From: an uncultured virus (IMG/VR IMGVR_UViG_3300043119_000141)
Lineage: Duplodnaviria; Heunggongvirae; Uroviricota; Caudoviricetes
Virus record (IMG/VR): IMGVR_UViG_3300043119_000141
Reading direction: 5' to 3' (one strand)
DNA length: 36,441 nt
The position numbers and the translations under genes are program-made. Positions within the stretch are counted from its first letter, which is position 1. Each line of letters opens with the position of its first letter. Below the pieces are notes generated by a model that did not search any database, was not told the DNA's origin, and was given only the letters and a program-made list of their open reading frames with translations. This document shows positions 24,551 to 32,941 of the stretch, piece by piece.

Positions 24551-24774
24551 AACGTGCTAGAATGTTAGAATTGGCCGAGCAGGCGGGTTTTGTCATGTGG
24601 TCCAAGGACAGCGACTGGAAGCCGGAAGGCGCCACAATTGATTGGTCCTGTGACTACGACAAAGAGTTGAGGAAATTCACTAAACTGGTGGAGGCAGAGT
24701 ATGAGTGGTTGGCTAATCGCCCTGACAGGGCTAATCTATGCGGGTGTTGCTGTAGAGCAGGGGCTAAAAGGTAA
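24547..24774 (+). CDS. Hypothetical protein
   Basis: ELAEQAGFVMW...IDWSCDYDKEL. Confidence 0.7.
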   Translation: MKRARMLELAEQAGFVMWSKDSDWKPEGATIDWSCDYDKELRKFTKLVEAEYEWLANRPDRANLCGCCCRAGAKR

Positions 24775-24846
24775 CATGCCTATGTGTTTAACGTACCTTG
24801 GCTACGCGTTTGCAAACGTCGGCCTGTACAAACTAGCGAGTTGAAT

Positions 24847-25038
24847 ATGATCTCAGAAGTTGACTTGAAAGACTTTGACTACATCAACGTAGAGCACGTG
24901 AAAGAGAACGACGACGGGTCCTGTGACTGCAACATTAAAATGGGACCACTGGCAACAAGGTACCTGCTGAATTTTGCTTTTATTGGCGTGCTCAAAGGCG
25001 CGATCGCTGAAGGCAAAATGTACACACCGAAGGACTAA
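24847..25038 (+). CDS. Hypothetical protein
   Basis: Fills the operon; start uncertain. Confidence 0.6.
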   Translation: MISEVDLKDFDYINVEHVKENDDGSCDCNIKMGPLATRYLLNFAFIGVLKGAIAEGKMYTPKD

Positions 25039-25041
25039 GAC

Positions 25042-25377
25042 ATGACAGACAACGAGCGCGAAGTATACGAGGCCAACCTAAAACGGTTGCCACCCGAGCA
25101 GGCGGCCCAGTGGACCGAGGAAGTGAGGGAGGCGTGGCTACGTGTGCGCCGCGCCCGTAAGGTGTGGAAGGCGACGCGAACGCCGGCCACGCGCTGTCTA
25201 GGGTCTGTCAAGGAGGACGGGCGCCTGACGCCGCTGTTCATACCAAACACCGAGTACATTCGCCTTGAAGAGGCGTGGATCGACTACGCGCAAAACTACC
25301 AACCCAAATACATATTCGAAGAGCGTGCACGTGCAGGCATCGACGAGGATGACTCATACGACTGGAAAAAAGCATGA
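25042..25377 (+). CDS. Hypothetical protein
   Basis: AAGGA SD. Confidence 0.7.
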   Translation: MTDNEREVYEANLKRLPPEQAAQWTEEVREAWLRVRRARKVWKATRTPATRCLGSVKEDGRLTPLFIPNTEYIRLEEAWIDYAQNYQPKYIFEERARAGIDEDDSYDWKKA

Positions 25378-25580
25378 AGGCTACACTTGAGTTCGAGTAC
25401 CCCGAGGACGAGGACAAGTTGCGGTACGCCATACACGGGCAGACGGCCATCATGGCCCTGTTGCAGATTGAAGCGCAGTTACGTCAACACTTCAAATACG
25501 AGATGCCAATGGAAGACGTGTTCAACAACGTTAGCGAGATAGTCAACGAGACGCTAACCCTTTGTGGGGAAAACCAATGA
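25374..25580 (+). CDS. Phage hypothetical protein
   Basis: MKATLEFEYPEDEDKLRYAIHG; ATGA overlap. Confidence 0.75.
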   Translation: MKATLEFEYPEDEDKLRYAIHGQTAIMALLQIEAQLRQHFKYEMPMEDVFNNVSEIVNETLTLCGENQ

Positions 25581-25933
25581 AGAAAATCATTTACGCAATT
25601 TACTTGTTTGGTGCAATACTGGCGTCGGTGACCGCTTATTTTTTGGACCCAATCACGGCACTGGCCATCGTGCTAGTCATGCCCATGGTGGTTATTACCA
25701 TACTGGAGATGCAAGGCATCGTGCAGTTCGGGTTTCACCCGATGGAAGAAGACAACAGCGCTATCAGCAAGGCCACGCGCGAAGACATGACGGCGATAGA
25801 GGCCGCAGAGAAGTTCGGGCAGGTGATCGTCAACGAAATGGACGAGCAAATTAAAGAGGCAGAGTTGCAGTTAATGGAAATGAAACAGGCGCGCGAGATT
25901 GCGTCAGACCACATTCGCGGGGTGAAGAAATGA
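25577..25933 (+). CDS. Two-TM membrane protein with coiled-coil tail
   Basis: Hydrophobic N-terminal hairpin; ATGA overlap. Confidence 0.7.
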   Translation: MKKIIYAIYLFGAILASVTAYFLDPITALAIVLVMPMVVITILEMQGIVQFGFHPMEEDNSAISKATREDMTAIEAAEKFGQVIVNEMDEQIKEAELQLMEMKQAREIASDHIRGVKK

Positions 25934-26298
25934 GAGTACGCGTTCACATACAATACAAAAACAACCCGCTCAATCAGGTTGTGCTATCCTATTCCTCTTT
26001 ACGAGAAGCGGCGCGTGTGCTAGACTGCGACCGAAAGCACTTGGCCCTGATGGTCAAGGGCGAAAGAAAACAAACACAATCACCACTTGGAAACATCATA
26101 AAGGTAGAGGCACATGAACAAGCCCACAGTACTAGAAGTTCAGTTCGAGAATATCCCGATCAGCCTGAAGAAAATCTCCCGTTGGGTTTTGTGGCGGCTA
26201 GTCGAGGTTGGGGAAGGGTCGAACAAGCGGTGGTCAAAGTTACCACTGCAATCAAATGGGTCGTCGGCAAGTTCCACAAACCCAACAACATGGTGTGA
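25930..26298 (+). CDS. NUMOD1-like HTH protein
   Basis: YSSLREAARVLDCDRKHLALMVKGERKQ; the 3' part overlaps the primase gene. Confidence 0.55.
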   Translation: MRVRVHIQYKNNPLNQVVLSYSSLREAARVLDCDRKHLALMVKGERKQTQSPLGNIIKVEAHEQAHSTRSSVREYPDQPEENLPLGFVAASRGWGRVEQAVVKVTTAIKWVVGKFHKPNNMV

Positions 26299-28429
26299 CT
26301 TTCTCCATGCACAAGAAGCTTATCAAACAGGTCGCTTCGATGGTGTTGGCTTTGTCTTTGACGGCAGTGACGGCATCATGGGCATTGACTTGGACGACTG
26401 CATGGATGCCGTTCAGGGTCCAGCGTCTCTTACGCCTGAAGCGCAGGCCATTAAAGACGCAGTCTTGGGATACGCAGAGGTAAGCCCCTCAGGCACCGGC
26501 ATCAAAATCTTCACACGCGCGCAGTTAAACGCCGCGCACGTAGACCACGAGAAGGGGCTCGAGATATACCCCAAGGGCCGTTACTTCACGGTGACCGGCC
26601 ACACCCTTGGCGGCTCGGTGCCGGACCAAGAGCAGGACCTACAGCACATCGTGCCCGCCCGCCGCAGTTACCGCTCGGGTGACTCGTTTGCGGACTACAG
26701 CCCGCCGCTTGACGGTTGGGACTTGGCCCGCGTTGAGACCGACCTGCTCACACTGCTTGACCCTGAATGTGGGTACACAGACTGGTTGGCCGTGGGCATG
26801 GCCCTGCACCACCAGTTTGGCGGCGACTACGAGGCGCTTGAGTTGTGGGACCGTTGGTCTGACAACGACGGCGCGTGCGGGTCGTACGCGGCAGGACACT
26901 GTGCGGCCAAGTGGGACAGCTTTGGCGGCACTGGGGGCACGACACTGCGCTCACTGGTGTTCAAGGTCAACAAGGCCAAGGAGGCCGCGGTGGTGGCCAA
27001 CGGCGAGAAGGTGCTCACAGGCGGGCCACTGAACCACGCCAAAGAGTTCTTGGCGAGCCAGTTCACGTGCGAGGAAGGCACGTCACTCACAACGTACGCG
27101 GGTGACATGTTCCAGTACAAGGGCACGCACTACCAAGACATTGAAGAGGCCACGGTGCGCTCCATGCTGTACACGTTCTTGGACCGTTGCAAGAAGTACG
27201 ACAAGAAGCAGAACCTGATGCCGTTCAACCCAACACCTGCGCATGTGTCGTCGATCCTAGACGCGGTGCACGCGGTGACCCACCTGCCCAACACGGCCAA
27301 CACCAAGCCGCCGGTGTGGCTTGAGGGGTACGGCAAGGACAGGCCAGAGCCGAGCAAGTTGGTCTCGCTTGAGAACGGTATTTTTCACACCGAGCAGAAC
27401 GTGTTGATCCCACACAGCTTGGGGTTTTTCACGCAGAACAGTTTGCCGTTTGCATACGACCCCAACGCGACGTGCCCGACGTGGGAGAAGTTCTTGCAAG
27501 ACATTTGGCACGACGACCCACAGAGCATTGACTGCCTGCAGGAGATGTTCGGGTACATTCTGAGCGGTGACTCGTCACAGCAGAAGTTTTTCAACATCAT
27601 TGGCCCACGCCGATCCGGCAAGGGAACGATCAACAAGGTGCTCGTGAGCCTCTTGGGGCAACACAACACGGTGGCGCCACAACTGGATGAGTTATGCGAC
27701 ACGTTCGGCCTACAGCCATGGCTTGGCAAGTTACTCGCCTCATTTACGGATGCCCGTGCTCCGGAAAGAAATCGTGGTGCAGTTGTCTCACAGCTCTTGA
27801 GGATTGTGGGCGGCGACACGGTGACGGTGAACCGCAAGAACAAGGAAGCTTGGAGCGGTTATTTGCCGACGCGTATCGTGATCTACTCGAACGAGGCCTT
27901 GCAGTTGACGGAAAACTCCAACGCCTTGACGGGCAGGATGATTGTGCTAAAGATGAGCAATAGTTTCTATGGCAAAGAGGACACCATGTTGGCCGACAAG
28001 TTGGCCAAGGAGTTGCCTGCCATTTTCAACTGGGCCATTGCAGGACAACAGCGACGCGTGGCGCGAGAGGGCCAGAGGTTCGAGCAACCAACAACAGGGC
28101 GCGAGTTACTGGAGTTGATGGAGGAGTTGGGCAACCCGATTGGATCGTTCGTGACAGACGCGTTGGTGTACGACCTAGAAGCAAAGGCGATGAAGGATGA
28201 CGTGTTCGTGTGTTGGCGCAAGTGGGCCACCGCTAAGAACATACCGCCCGGAACTGACATGGCGTTCAAGCGCAGGTTTCTTGCGGCAACGCAGGACCAC
28301 CGCGTGACAGCGGCAAGGGTGCGAATTGACGGCGAGTCGGCCAACGTGTACCTTGGCATCAGGCTCAACCCGAAGGCACAGAAGTACGTGGACAGTATCA
28401 GCAACTTTGAACGCGAGGACATATTTTGA
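26114..28429 (+). CDS. Primase-polymerase (NrS-1-like) / PriCT-2 / D5-like SF3 helicase
   Basis: GIDLDDC, EVSPSGTGIKIF, EIYPKGRYFTVTG; YTDWLAVGMALH...WDRWS; Walker A GPRRSGKGT. Confidence 0.92.
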   Translation: MNKPTVLEVQFENIPISLKKISRWVLWRLVEVGEGSNKRWSKLPLQSNGSSASSTNPTTWCDFLHAQEAYQTGRFDGVGFVFDGSDGIMGIDLDDCMDAVQGPASLTPEAQAIKDAVLGYAEVSPSGTGIKIFTRAQLNAAHVDHEKGLEIYPKGRYFTVTGHTLGGSVPDQEQDLQHIVPARRSYRSGDSFADYSPPLDGWDLARVETDLLTLLDPECGYTDWLAVGMALHHQFGGDYEALELWDRWSDNDGACGSYAAGHCAAKWDSFGGTGGTTLRSLVFKVNKAKEAAVVANGEKVLTGGPLNHAKEFLASQFTCEEGTSLTTYAGDMFQYKGTHYQDIEEATVRSMLYTFLDRCKKYDKKQNLMPFNPTPAHVSSILDAVHAVTHLPNTANTKPPVWLEGYGKDRPEPSKLVSLENGIFHTEQNVLIPHSLGFFTQNSLPFAYDPNATCPTWEKFLQDIWHDDPQSIDCLQEMFGYILSGDSSQQKFFNIIGPRRSGKGTINKVLVSLLGQHNTVAPQLDELCDTFGLQPWLGKLLASFTDARAPERNRGAVVSQLLRIVGGDTVTVNRKNKEAWSGYLPTRIVIYSNEALQLTENSNALTGRMIVLKMSNSFYGKEDTMLADKLAKELPAIFNWAIAGQQRRVAREGQRFEQPTTGRELLELMEELGNPIGSFVTDALVYDLEAKAMKDDVFVCWRKWATAKNIPPGTDMAFKRRFLAATQDHRVTAARVRIDGESANVYLGIRLNPKAQKYVDSISNFEREDIF

Positions 28430-29079
28430 GCGATACATATTTTCATGTGGATGTCGGTTTCTATCCAGTGCCTGTAAAGATGTGCTTTACACCAAAAGCG
28501 TTTTACAAGGTATTGAAGGATCATGGGATCACAGCGCAACCAGAGATGGCACCGCTTGAGTTGGGCATCGCGGAGACACACAGCTTTTCTTCAACCAAGG
28601 AAGCGATTGTCGTCGTGGTGTTTAGTTTGGCGGAGTGCATTGACAACGCGGCCCTGTTGGCCAGTGTGGTGGCCCACGAGGCCACACACGTAATTGCTCG
28701 GGTACTTGACCATATTGGCGAAGACGAGGAGGACTTTGGCGAAGAGACGCGGGCGTACCTGACCGAGTGGTTGGTGCGTCAAATGTTCACGGCTTGTTTA
28801 GTGGAGGTTGGCAAAATTGCAAGACGAAAAGAAAATCGAGCAAAGGCTGGTCAAAAAGGTCAAGGAGAAGGGGGGCCTGTGCCTGAAGTGGGTAAGCCCG
28901 TCGACGACGGGGGTGCCGGACAGGCTAGTGTTCCACAACAGCAAGGTGATCCCAGTGGAGTTGAAAGACCCAAAAGGAAAACTAAGCGCAAGGCAGGAGT
29001 TGATGATCAAGGAGTTGCAAGCAAGGGGAGTGCAGACGCACGTCCTGTCAAGCGAACAACAGGTCGACGAATTTGTTAA
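28426..29079 (+). CDS. HEXXH-motif protein (possible zincin)
   Basis: VAHEATH...EETRAY; TTG start after GAGGA; low-complexity tail overlaps VRR-NUC. Confidence 0.6.
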   Translation: MSDTYFHVDVGFYPVPVKMCFTPKAFYKVLKDHGITAQPEMAPLELGIAETHSFSSTKEAIVVVVFSLAECIDNAALLASVVAHEATHVIARVLDHIGEDEEDFGEETRAYLTEWLVRQMFTACLVEVGKIARRKENRAKAGQKGQGEGGPVPEVGKPVDDGGAGQASVPQQQGDPSGVERPKRKTKRKAGVDDQGVASKGSADARPVKRTTGRRIC

Positions 29080-29089
29080 CAGCTTATGA
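28817..29089 (+). CDS. VRR-NUC domain nuclease
   Basis: EKKIEQRLVKKVKEKGGLCLKWVSP...GVPDR...VELK..KGKLSARQ; TTG 9 nt after GGAGG. Confidence 0.88.
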   Translation: MQDEKKIEQRLVKKVKEKGGLCLKWVSPSTTGVPDRLVFHNSKVIPVELKDPKGKLSARQELMIKELQARGVQTHVLSSEQQVDEFVNSL

Positions 29090-29568
29090 CCGACGACGAA
29101 GTTCATGAAGCCAAAAAGCGCAACCACATTGCTAAAACAATGTATAACGTTAAACGGCGCGCCCTTGCCGCAGGGATTCCATTTGAGTTGGATCACAACT
29201 ACCTGTGTGCAATCGCGCCTGAATACTGCCCAGTGTTTAAGACCAAGATCCTTTGGGGGTTTGGACACTCAGGCACTGTGGGGGTTAGCGGCCCAGACTC
29301 ACCAAGCTTGGACCGAATTATTCCAGAAAAAGGATACGTGAAAGGCAACGTAGCATGGTTAAGCAACAAAGCAAACATGATCAAGTCCAACGCAACACAA
29401 GAGGAGCTATACAAGGTTGCGGACTGGACACACGAAAAAATAAAGGAGGTAAATAATGGAGGTGCACGACCGCCCCCACTTGGCGACCCTGCAAATACCT
29501 ATGTCACTCGCCCCACGCGCTATCGCATTATTAACGACGTTACAGCAAGGGAAAGAGCAGGCTACTGA
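29086..29568 (+). CDS. HNH-like (beta-beta-alpha-Me) endonuclease
   Basis: CPVF...SPSLDRIIPEKGYVKGNV..LSNKANMIK. Confidence 0.8.
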   Translation: MTDDEVHEAKKRNHIAKTMYNVKRRALAAGIPFELDHNYLCAIAPEYCPVFKTKILWGFGHSGTVGVSGPDSPSLDRIIPEKGYVKGNVAWLSNKANMIKSNATQEELYKVADWTHEKIKEVNNGGARPPPLGDPANTYVTRPTRYRIINDVTARERAGY

Positions 29569-30905
29569 TGTTGTCATTAAAAAATTTACACCCCTACCAA
29601 CAGCGACTGGTGCAAGAGAGCAAGACTCAACAGCACATGGGACTGCTGATGGACATGGGACTGGGCAAGACGATCACGGCGCTAACAATACTCAGCCAAC
29701 TTGAGGGCAAGACGCTGATCATTGGACCAAAGGCAGTCATTAAAAACGTTTGGAAACAAGAGGCACAAAATTGGACGCACACAGAAAAGATGACTTTTGC
29801 CCTCATTGTGGGAAGTCCACAAGAGAGGGTGAAAGCGTTGCAGAGCAATTCGGACGTGTATTTGATCAATGTCGAGAACGTGGTCTGGCTGTTCGAGCAA
29901 GCCTCATTGCCGCGTTGGAAGACATTAGTGATCGACGAATCGAGCAGGTTCAAAAACCCGTCGTCCAAACGTTGGAAGATGCTGAAAGGGCATTTGAAGA
30001 ATTTCGAGCATCGGTACATCCTGACGGGTACACCAACACCAAAGTCGTACCTAGATTTGTGGACCCAAGTAGGCATTTTGGATTTGGGCCAACGACTCGG
30101 GAAATCGATGACTTCATACAAGGAGAAGTTCTTCGAGCCCGAGACAAGAGATCGTAGAACCGGCATGGTGTGGAGTTGGAAGTTGCGACCCAACGCCAAG
30201 GAACAGATCGACGCCCTGATCGGGGACATTTGCGTGTCCCTGCGCAAGGAGGACTACCTGACCATGCCACAGCGGCAGGACATTGTGCACACCATCGAGT
30301 GGGAGAAGGCGGCCAAACAGGCCTACAACACCATGCGCAAAGAGATGGTGGTGGAGGTGGAGCAGGAGACGCTGACCGCGGCCAGTGCCGGCGTGCTCAC
30401 GGGCAAGCTGTTGCAAATGACCGCGGGGTCCATCTACTCAGAGACCAAGCAGGTGATTGACATTCACGACACCAAACTGGAGTACCTGACCGACATGTTG
30501 GACAACACGCCGACCATTGTGTTCTATAACTTCAAACACAGTTTAAAACGGCTACAAGCCGCGATTCCTGAGGCGGTGCTACTTGACCCTGACGACGGCC
30601 AAACAATCGCCCTATGGCGCTCTGGTAAGGTCCCAGTGCTACTTTGCCACCCTAAAAGCGTGGGCATCGGCCTGAACCTGCAGTGCAACGTGGGAGACAC
30701 GGCGCAGATCGTTTGGTTCGACCTGCCATGGTCCAGTGAAGACTACCTACAAGCCAACGCGCGCCTGTTCCGGCAGGGGCAAGAAAAGCCTGTGATTATT
30801 CATCACCTGACCATGCAAAAAAGTATTGACAGTCAGGTCATGGATGTGCTAGAAGGAAAGATCGACATGCAAAACGCGTTAATGAACGCCCTCAAACTAC
30901 AATGA
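29568..30905 (+). CDS. SNF2-family helicase
   Basis: DMGLGKT, IDESS, LTGTP, GIGLNLQ, QANARLFRQGQ. Confidence 0.93.
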   Translation: MLSLKNLHPYQQRLVQESKTQQHMGLLMDMGLGKTITALTILSQLEGKTLIIGPKAVIKNVWKQEAQNWTHTEKMTFALIVGSPQERVKALQSNSDVYLINVENVVWLFEQASLPRWKTLVIDESSRFKNPSSKRWKMLKGHLKNFEHRYILTGTPTPKSYLDLWTQVGILDLGQRLGKSMTSYKEKFFEPETRDRRTGMVWSWKLRPNAKEQIDALIGDICVSLRKEDYLTMPQRQDIVHTIEWEKAAKQAYNTMRKEMVVEVEQETLTAASAGVLTGKLLQMTAGSIYSETKQVIDIHDTKLEYLTDMLDNTPTIVFYNFKHSLKRLQAAIPEAVLLDPDDGQTIALWRSGKVPVLLCHPKSVGIGLNLQCNVGDTAQIVWFDLPWSSEDYLQANARLFRQGQEKPVIIHHLTMQKSIDSQVMDVLEGKIDMQNALMNALKLQ

Positions 30906-31198
30906 TTAAATTCAACGCCACCATTCGCAGGCTTTCAGACGAAGAGCCGGATCCTATTGAACACGAGGATTCGTCCTCAGAGCCTACGATGAACGGCACG
31001 GGTTGGGCGCCATGGGACGCCGACACCATACAGGACGTGTACAACGTGGTTTCCGAGAAGTTAACCCCTAAACAAAGGGAAATCATTGAGGCGCACCTGT
31101 CTGGGTATAACTACCACGATTTAGCGGTGACAGAAAAGTATTGGAGATACAATTTTGCAATGGCTGTAGCCAAAATACGAAAAGAATTAAAACTTTAG
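30902..31198 (+). CDS. Stand-alone sigma70 region-4-like HTH protein
   Basis: KLTPKQREIIEAHLSGYNYHDLA...AVAKIRKEL resembles sigma 4.1/4.2; acidic N-terminus. Confidence 0.6.
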   Translation: MIKFNATIRRLSDEEPDPIEHEDSSSEPTMNGTGWAPWDADTIQDVYNVVSEKLTPKQREIIEAHLSGYNYHDLAVTEKYWRYNFAMAVAKIRKELKL

Positions 31199-31234
31199 GT
31201 AGGGTTTTTTTCAAAACATGGGTAATTAGATATA
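31198..31234 (+). promoter_or_regulatory. Putative phage late promoter (degenerate upstream box)
   Basis: GGTAG-N16-TGGGTAATT-AGA-TATA. Confidence 0.65.
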
Positions 31235-31316
31235 AGAGGGAAAAGGATGGCCATCCCTGCTTTAGTGCCTGAATCACTAAGCTACCTCGATCTTTTAGCT
31301 ATTCAGGAGCACATCT
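31235..31316 (+). ncRNA. Structured 5' leader of the endonuclease gene (homolog of 3002-3079)
   Basis: Stem UUAGUG/CACUAA; loop CCUGAAU pairs with AUUCAGG overlapping the SD. Confidence 0.65.
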
Positions 31317-31796
31317 ATGAAAACCTGCACTAAGTGCGGCGTCACAAAACCATTATTTGAATTTTACAAAACAAGACCAACACAATGTAAGAAATGTTGT
31401 AAATTTCAAAGAATAAAAAATTCAGCACAAAAAAGCGAATACGATCGGAAAAGATATGCTGAAAAAGCAGATCAAATTAAACAATATCAAAAAAAATATA
31501 AAGCTGAAAATCCAGATAGGAAAAAACAAACACAAAATAAAACTCATTTAAAAATGAGATACGGGTTGACTCCACATGACAAACAAAAAATGTTGGACGA
31601 ACAAAACAACTGTTGCGCAATTTGTGGTGTAGAGTTTGTTGATGCAAAAGCTACGCATGTTGATCATAATCATGATACAAACAAAGTAAGAGGAATTCTT
31701 TGTAGAAGTTGTAATATAGGTTTAGGACATTTTAAAGATTCAACGGAGTTTCTTTTAGAAGCTATCGAATATTTAAAAAAATACGAAAGGAGTTAA
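31317..31796 (+). CDS. Endonuclease VII-like HNH endonuclease
   Basis: CAICG...THVDHNHDTNKVRGILCRSCNIGLGHFKD; N-terminal CxxC motifs; markedly AT-rich. Confidence 0.9.
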   Translation: MKTCTKCGVTKPLFEFYKTRPTQCKKCCKFQRIKNSAQKSEYDRKRYAEKADQIKQYQKKYKAENPDRKKQTQNKTHLKMRYGLTPHDKQKMLDEQNNCCAICGVEFVDAKATHVDHNHDTNKVRGILCRSCNIGLGHFKDSTEFLLEAIEYLKKYERS

Positions 31797-31800
31797 AATT

Positions 31801-31995
31801 GTGAACGGATACATAGTGGAGTACGTGCACCATGGATGGCCCACCATAGACATCCAGATGGACGCCAAACACCCCATGTTTGAGAAAGATCAAGACGTGC
31901 TGTCAATCTGGCACTTTGAGAGCGAAGACGAGCGGGATTTCATACTTCGGGACTTGCGTAAGTTCCGCGAACAACAAAAGAAAGGTTTAGCATAA
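31801..31995 (+). CDS. Hypothetical protein
   Basis: AAGGAG SD, GTG start. Confidence 0.7.
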   Translation: MNGYIVEYVHHGWPTIDIQMDAKHPMFEKDQDVLSIWHFESEDERDFILRDLRKFREQQKKGLA

Positions 31996-32225
31996 TGGAT
32001 CGTGAATTATCTTTCGGAGAAAAGGCAGTTGGGTTGACATTCAATCCTAGCAATTCACATGAGGTTGACAAATGCAAACAAGAGTTTGCCGCAGTCATTG
32101 ACCGCATGAATTACCTGCGAAATCTTACAGACAACGCGGAAGTCAAGCGTATGGCCAGTGTGGCCATTACAGAGGCACAAACGGCCCAAATGTGGGCCGT
32201 AAAAGCAATCACTTGGAAAGGCTAA
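31995..32225 (+). CDS. Acb2/Tad1-like helical hairpin protein (candidate anti-defence nucleotide sponge)
   Basis: C-terminal KRMASVAITEAQTAQMWAVKAIT resembles the Acb2-family signature. Confidence 0.6.
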   Translation: MDRELSFGEKAVGLTFNPSNSHEVDKCKQEFAAVIDRMNYLRNLTDNAEVKRMASVAITEAQTAQMWAVKAITWKG

Positions 32226-32227
32226 TT

Positions 32228-32419
32228 ATGGCAAACGAAGCAACAAATTTAATGGCATCTTTGGGCGTAAAACCAAAAGAGCAACGCATTCAGGAAATGG
32301 CCGGAGCGGTGACGCGATTGATCATTAACGACGCGTTGCGTGAGGCAAAGGCCCGTGCGCAGGTGCGAGACTCAAATACTCAGGTGCAGAAGGTCGAAAA
32401 ACCGAGCCAAAATGGGTAA
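32228..32419 (+). CDS. Hypothetical protein
   Basis: AAGG SD before ATG 32228. Confidence 0.65.
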   Translation: MANEATNLMASLGVKPKEQRIQEMAGAVTRLIINDALREAKARAQVRDSNTQVQKVEKPSQNG

Positions 32420-32428
32420 TTCTATATA
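32392..32428 (+). promoter_or_regulatory. Putative phage late promoter
   Basis: GGTCG-N16-TGGGTAATT-CTA-TATA. Confidence 0.7.
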
Positions 32429-32466
32429 GGAAAGGCCTTTTTAGGCCTTGAATATAAGGTAACACC

Positions 32467-32856
32467 ATGGCAACCAAATCCAAATACGAGTTCAAACCGG
32501 AGATGTGCGACCAACTGATAGAGTTGGGCAAGGTAGGCGCGTCCCAAAAAATGATGTTTGCAAGCATCGGAATCAGTTCCGGAGCCGCGCAGACATTTAA
32601 GAAAAACCACCCAGAGTTTGCGGAAGCACTGGACATGGCCATCACCCATAGCCAAAGCTTCTGGGAGACACAACTATTAGCCAACGTAGAAAACAAGGCA
32701 TTTAATAGCAGGGTGGCCGAAATAGCGTTAAGGGGACAATTTCCAGACACATACCGCGAAGACCGAAACAGCAAGGTTGAGGTCAAGGCGGACGTCGTGT
32801 TGGATTTTTCTGGTGCAGTTACCGACCTAATTACGGCGCTCAAAAAAGCGGCGTAA
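32467..32856 (+). CDS. Probable terminase small subunit
   Basis: KYEFKPEMCDQLIELGKVGAS...HPEFAEAL..A....QSFWE: HTH, helical hairpin and beta tail typical of TerS; under a late promoter motif. Confidence 0.7.
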   Translation: MATKSKYEFKPEMCDQLIELGKVGASQKMMFASIGISSGAAQTFKKNHPEFAEALDMAITHSQSFWETQLLANVENKAFNSRVAEIALRGQFPDTYREDRNSKVEVKADVVLDFSGAVTDLITALKKAA

Positions 32857-32895
32857 CAAACTGTCGGCACTTAGCAATAAGTTCCGACATTCCGT

Positions 32896-32917
32896 AAGCC
32901 CCTCTCGGGGCTTTTTT
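32896..32917 (+). terminator. Rho-independent terminator
   Basis: AAGCCCC-TCTC-GGGGCTT-TTTT; preceded by a GCAA-tetraloop hairpin at 32862-32889. Confidence 0.8.
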
Positions 32918-32941
32918 CACCTTTGCATAAAGGAGAGCATC

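Noticed and set aside
32839..32889. AAAAAAG plus downstream hairpin as a programmed frameshift fusing TerS to DUF2800
   Set aside because: The heptamer is not phased for -1 slippage in the TerS frame, the fusion would need +1, and a terminator and a separate SD intervene.
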